A stretch of 26,196 bases of DNA from an uncultured Methanosarcinales archaeon (lineage in GTDB: Archaea > Nanobdellota > Nanobdellia > Woesearchaeales > CAYGWL01), in contig CAYGWL010000155.1 in NCBI GenBank assembly GCA_964353575.1, positions 1-26,196 on the forward strand, in the 5' to 3' direction. The notes beneath the pieces are model-generated. The model saw only the letters and a list, made by a program, of their open reading frames with translations. It was not told where the DNA came from and did not search any database. Each line of letters begins with the position of its first letter. Position 1 is the first letter of the stretch. Shown here piece after piece: positions 25,669 through 26,196 of this stretch. A program made the position numbers and the translations under genes.

Positions 25669-26169
25669 ATGGAAAAAAGAGAAGTGTATGAAAAATTAGA
25701 GTGGTCAAAGATTCACCAGGTGGCATGGGACACAGCAAAGAAGGTCATTGAATCTGGCTACAAGCCGGATGTTATAGTTGGGATATCAAGGGGCGGTCTG
25801 GTTCCGGCAAAGCTTTTGTCAGACTTCCTGCAGATAAAGGATGTGCTGACAGTTAAGGCAGACCATTGGGGCATAACCGCAACAAAGGACAAGAAAGCAC
25901 ATCTTGCATACGGTTTGGACACAGATTTAAGCGGGAAAAGGGTGCTCCTAGTTGATGACGTAACAAAAACTGGTGAGTCAATGAACCTCTCAAAAAAGCA
26001 CATTGAGGGAAAAAAGCCAAAATCCATAAGAACAGCTGTGCTTTACCACACAAGAGATTCTGACTACGAGCCAAACTTCTATGGCGCAATTACACAATCA
26101 GACTGGATAATCTTCCCATGGAACTACAGAGAGAACATTGTAAACCTTAAACCGCACATAACAAAATAG
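25669..26169 (+). CDS. Type I phosphoribosyltransferase (archaeal purine PRTase, hypoxanthine/guanine/xanthine-like)
   Basis: PDVIVGISRGGLVPA, PRPP motif VLLVDDVTKTGES, C-terminal WIIFPW. Confidence 0.88.
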   Translation: MEKREVYEKLEWSKIHQVAWDTAKKVIESGYKPDVIVGISRGGLVPAKLLSDFLQIKDVLTVKADHWGITATKDKKAHLAYGLDTDLSGKRVLLVDDVTKTGESMNLSKKHIEGKKPKSIRTAVLYHTRDSDYEPNFYGAITQSDWIIFPWNYRENIVNLKPHITK

Positions 26170-26196
26170 ATTTTTATGTTCATATAGCTCATAAAT

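Noticed and set aside
128-26089. Remaining short ORFs in the track that overlap longer genes on the opposite strand or in another frame
   Set aside because: They are fully nested in well-supported CDSs and have no motifs or start signals.
1-26196. tRNA, rRNA, integrase or transposase marking the island boundaries
   Set aside because: No cloverleaf/T-arm consensus, rRNA-like segment or recombinase ORF was seen, so no mobile element is called despite the duplicated flanks.

Overview
The window is archaeal and most consistent with a DPANN (Woesearchaeota-like) genome. This is an inference from BRE/TATA promoters with leaderless starts, KAQ-type class III signal-peptide pilins, a single-domain ZPR1 and an archaeal-type MetRS. 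The right half (about 12.4-26.2 kb) looks like core genome: a type IV/Tad-like pilus operon on the minus strand, a Zn-ribbon protein, an HD protein, metG, ZPR1 and a purine-salvage trio (MTAP, APRT, a second PRTase). The left half (1-12.3 kb) is accessory. Its centre is a His-Xaa-Ser (Hxs)-type peptide-modification cluster: A24 prepilin-type peptidase, two HxsD-like proteins, HxsB, a second non-HxsC radical SAM/SPASM enzyme, and a 165-aa precursor. The precursor combines a hydrophobic export/pilin-like leader, an HVSHASH motif and an 80-residue tail with 20 Cys (mostly CX3C). The cluster sits between two copies of a module made of a Cys-conserved membrane protein and a convergent secreted protein. 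The two secreted genes share a 41/45-identical promoter but carry different cargo (M23 peptidase versus PD40 propeller). Also present are a strongly base-paired 134-nt intergenic element (ncRNA candidate), an AbrB-like gene with a perfect 20-bp palindrome, and a TldD-like gene broken by a single in-frame TGA. Family assignments come from motif recognition only; no searches were run.
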